A stretch of 64,000 nt of DNA from Bacteriovoracia bacterium (GTDB lineage Bacteria > Bdellovibrionota > UBA1018 > JBFWNL01), in contig JBFWNL010000001.1 of NCBI GenBank assembly GCA_050251055.1, positions 697,210 through 761,209 on the forward strand, given 5' to 3'. The translations under genes were made by a program, and so were the position numbers. Shown piece by piece: positions 61,998-64,000 of this stretch; positions within the stretch are counted from its first letter, which is position 1, and each line of letters opens with the position of its first letter. The notes under the pieces are model-generated. The model searched no databases. It saw only the letters and a list, made by a program, of their open reading frames with translations, and had not been told where the DNA came from.

Positions 61998-63925
61998 TTA
62001 TGGGGTCCCGTCGCGCCGGGGAGCTGTTTATTACCACCGGTCGGCAAGGCGCGGTTACGGCCGCCGGAGTGCTGAAATAGAATACGCGCGAAAGAAAGCG
62101 CGCTGAGTACGCGGTTGCGACGACGGCGTGCCTGGATGGCTTTGCGCTCGAGCGTGGGGCATTCACTGAACTGATTGCCGTTCTGCAACGCCTTCACCGT
62201 CATCTCGAACATGGCGTTCTCGCCGCCCTCATGGAGATTAAGCTTCGAAATCGCCGTCTTCTTGAACCCCCGGAAGAGATTGTTGCAGTCGCTGACATTG
62301 GCGTTGAAAAGCACGCTCAGCAGGAACGAGAAAAAACGATTCCCCACCGAACGATAGAGCGCGTTTTTCTCGGACTCACGCGCGCCGCCCGGCATGAAAC
62401 GGCTGGCGATCACGAGCGCATGACCTTGCTTCAAGCGAATAAGCAAACGCGGAATATCCTCGGGACTGTCGGCGCCGTCGCCACCAAACACGACGACATT
62501 CTCGCACTCGGTCGTCGCGACCGCACGGCGCAAGAGCTCGCCCTTGCCTTCGCTGCGGCCCGGAGTACCGCGTACGACGCGAAAACCGCGTTTAGCAAAA
62601 GCCGTACAGGCTTCCTCATCGGCGCGGTCGTTGCCGCCTTCGACGAAAACCAAATCCTGGAAGCTCGCCACCGGCAACGCGTCCAGCATCATCTGCGCCG
62701 CGCGGCCATCACCCTTGGACATAACAATCAAGGCCGCCTTCTCCTGCGCCACCGATTCCTGGGCGAAGTAAGAGTGAAACACGTCTACGATGTATTCCCG
62801 CTCGATCTCGGTGATGTTCTGATGGCAGCCGAAGTAAAAACCGCTCTCGTTCACCCACTTGGCGACCGGGAAATCTTCCTCACGCACGCCGAGCAGCTCC
62901 TTATAAAAAGGCTGGTTGATCAGCGGGAGCATGTCGCGCGTTTCAATTCCATGCGACTCGAGGTAACTCACCAAGCCGCGCTTCTGATCCTTCCGCACCA
63001 CTATCGGGAACATCATGAATGCATGGCCCGCGCCCTCGCGTAGAGCCGGCAGCTGGATGTGCTTTTCGAGCGGCCTGAGCTTCTGCAAGAAATACTGGGC
63101 ATTATCCCAGCGTTTGCGCATCATCTGCTCGTGATCTTCGAATTCAGCCAGCCCCAACGCGCCTTCCATTTCGGTGACGCGATAGCTGTAGCCCATCTGC
63201 ACAAAAGAGAAGCGGCGCTGGATGATGAGCTCCATCTCTTCTTTCGATTTGTTCTTGTCGTCGTCGATGCTGATGTAAATCGAATCGCGGCCGTGATTCA
63301 TTAAAGAGCGCAGCTGCACGGCCAAGTCCGGATCGTTCGTGGTGCAAAGCCCGCCCACCCCCGTCGTCAGAATATGCGCAACGTAAGTGGAGAAGCAACC
63401 GACGTCGCTCATTGCTCCGACCGACTTGCCGTTGAGCTTCGTAAACATCGTCTCGCACGAATCTTCGATCATGCGCAGGTTATGCTTCTTGGCGATGGCG
63501 CCGATGCGCTCCATATCGCAGGGATGCCCGAAGAGGTGAACGGGAATAATGCAACGGGTGCGCGGCGTGATCGCGGCTTCGATCAAGTCGGGATTCAATT
63601 CGTAGTAGACGGGATCCACATCTACGAAGACAGGCTTCATCCCATTTTGCAACACGACATTGGAGGTCGCGATGAAGGTGACGGCCGGGACGATAACCTC
63701 GTCGCCGTCCTTCCAGCCGTAGCGATTCTTCAGAGCGGCGAGCGCGATCTGCAGGCTGCTCGTGCCGCTGTTCGTCATAACCGCAAATCGGCAGTCATGC
63801 GCTGCCGCAAAAAGGCGTTCAAATTTCTGGGTGAAATAACCGTAAGAGAGGCGCTCGGAGTTGAGGACCTCATTCACGTATTTACGTGATTTTTCAGTGA
63901 TTTTGAAGGTTCCGACGCCAATCAT
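61994..63925 (-). CDS. DegT-fold PLP/PMP enzyme with His replacing the Schiff-base Lys (ColD/E1-type sugar 3-dehydratase-like) fused to a GT2-like domain
   Basis: ORF track 61994..63967; likely start is ATG 63925 (MIGVGTFKI). N-terminal ~400 aa: AVMTNSGTSSLQIAL, IEDSCETM, and CFSTYVAHILTTGVGG with His (codon 63374-63376) where the other two DegT proteins in this window have Lys. C-terminal ~250 aa: VVFGGDGADSPEDIP...VIASRF...NLFRGF, a GT2 fold similar to 61251..61997. Confidence 0.75.
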   Translation of the reverse strand: MIGVGTFKITEKSRKYVNEVLNSERLSYGYFTQKFERLFAAAHDCRFAVMTNSGTSSLQIALAALKNRYGWKDGDEVIVPAVTFIATSNVVLQNGMKPVFVDVDPVYYELNPDLIEAAITPRTRCIIPVHLFGHPCDMERIGAIAKKHNLRMIEDSCETMFTKLNGKSVGAMSDVGCFSTYVAHILTTGVGGLCTTNDPDLAVQLRSLMNHGRDSIYISIDDDKNKSKEEMELIIQRRFSFVQMGYSYRVTEMEGALGLAEFEDHEQMMRKRWDNAQYFLQKLRPLEKHIQLPALREGAGHAFMMFPIVVRKDQKRGLVSYLESHGIETRDMLPLINQPFYKELLGVREEDFPVAKWVNESGFYFGCHQNITEIEREYIVDVFHSYFAQESVAQEKAALIVMSKGDGRAAQMMLDALPVASFQDLVFVEGGNDRADEEACTAFAKRGFRVVRGTPGRSEGKGELLRRAVATTECENVVVFGGDGADSPEDIPRLLIRLKQGHALVIASRFMPGGARESEKNALYRSVGNRFFSFLLSVLFNANVSDCNNLFRGFKKTAISKLNLHEGGENAMFEMTVKALQNGNQFSECPTLERKAIQARRRRNRVLSALSFARILFQHSGGRNRALPTGGNKQLPGATGPHK

Positions 63926-64000
63926 AGGGGCCCCACAGCTATACCCCCAACGGGAGGCCTTCGACAAGGCTATTCCGAGACACCCGTAGACCTGTCCCTT

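Noticed and set aside
1-64000. Searched for CRISPR repeats, tRNA/rRNA genes, IS elements, integrases, phage genes and toxin-antitoxin or defence-system genes.
   Set aside because: I saw no regularly spaced direct repeats, no cloverleaf-like or rRNA-like non-coding stretches (the largest gaps are about 180 nt), and no ORF with transposase, integrase or nuclease/defence signatures. Coding density is very high.

Overview
The whole 64-kb window is one very large surface-glycan (O-antigen/EPS-type) biosynthesis locus from an unidentified bacterium with moderately high GC. I found no rRNA, tRNA, CRISPR array, transposase or integrase. I call 56 protein-coding genes, most in tightly packed, translationally coupled runs with 1-17 nt start/stop overlaps. 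They fall into these groups:
- Initiation and assembly: a WbaP-type phosphoglycosyl transferase, about 14 glycosyltransferases (GT2, GT4, GT26, GT8-like and GT-B types), a short Wzz-like co-polymerase and an MsbA/PglK-like ABC exporter.
- Large polytopic membrane proteins (seven): two Wzy_C-type, three GT-C/ArnT-like, and two paralogues of an uncharacterised ~550-aa family.
- Nucleotide-sugar modules: GDP-fucose (gmd, fcl); dTDP-rhamnose-type genes (rfbA, rfbB, rfbC); a dTDP-3-amino-3,6-dideoxyhexose / C-methyl branched-sugar set; and a non-canonical CMP-ulosonic-acid operon.
- Modification genes: a PAPS module plus a sulfotransferase, carAB next to a NodU/CmcH carbamoyltransferase, six SAM methyltransferases, an SGNH hydrolase, an Fe(II)/2OG-oxygenase-like protein and an LhgO-like flavoenzyme.

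The features most worth follow-up are four unusual gene fusions or active-site variants:
1. A pyruvate-kinase-like domain fused to ATP sulfurylase and coupled to cysC.
2. A NeuB-SAF synthase fused to a xylose-isomerase-like TIM barrel.
3. A DegT-fold domain with His in place of the PLP lysine (the ColD/E1 dehydratase hallmark), fused to a GT2-like domain.
4. The embedding of carAB beside a carbamoyltransferase.

All family calls come from motif recognition by eye; no database search was possible.
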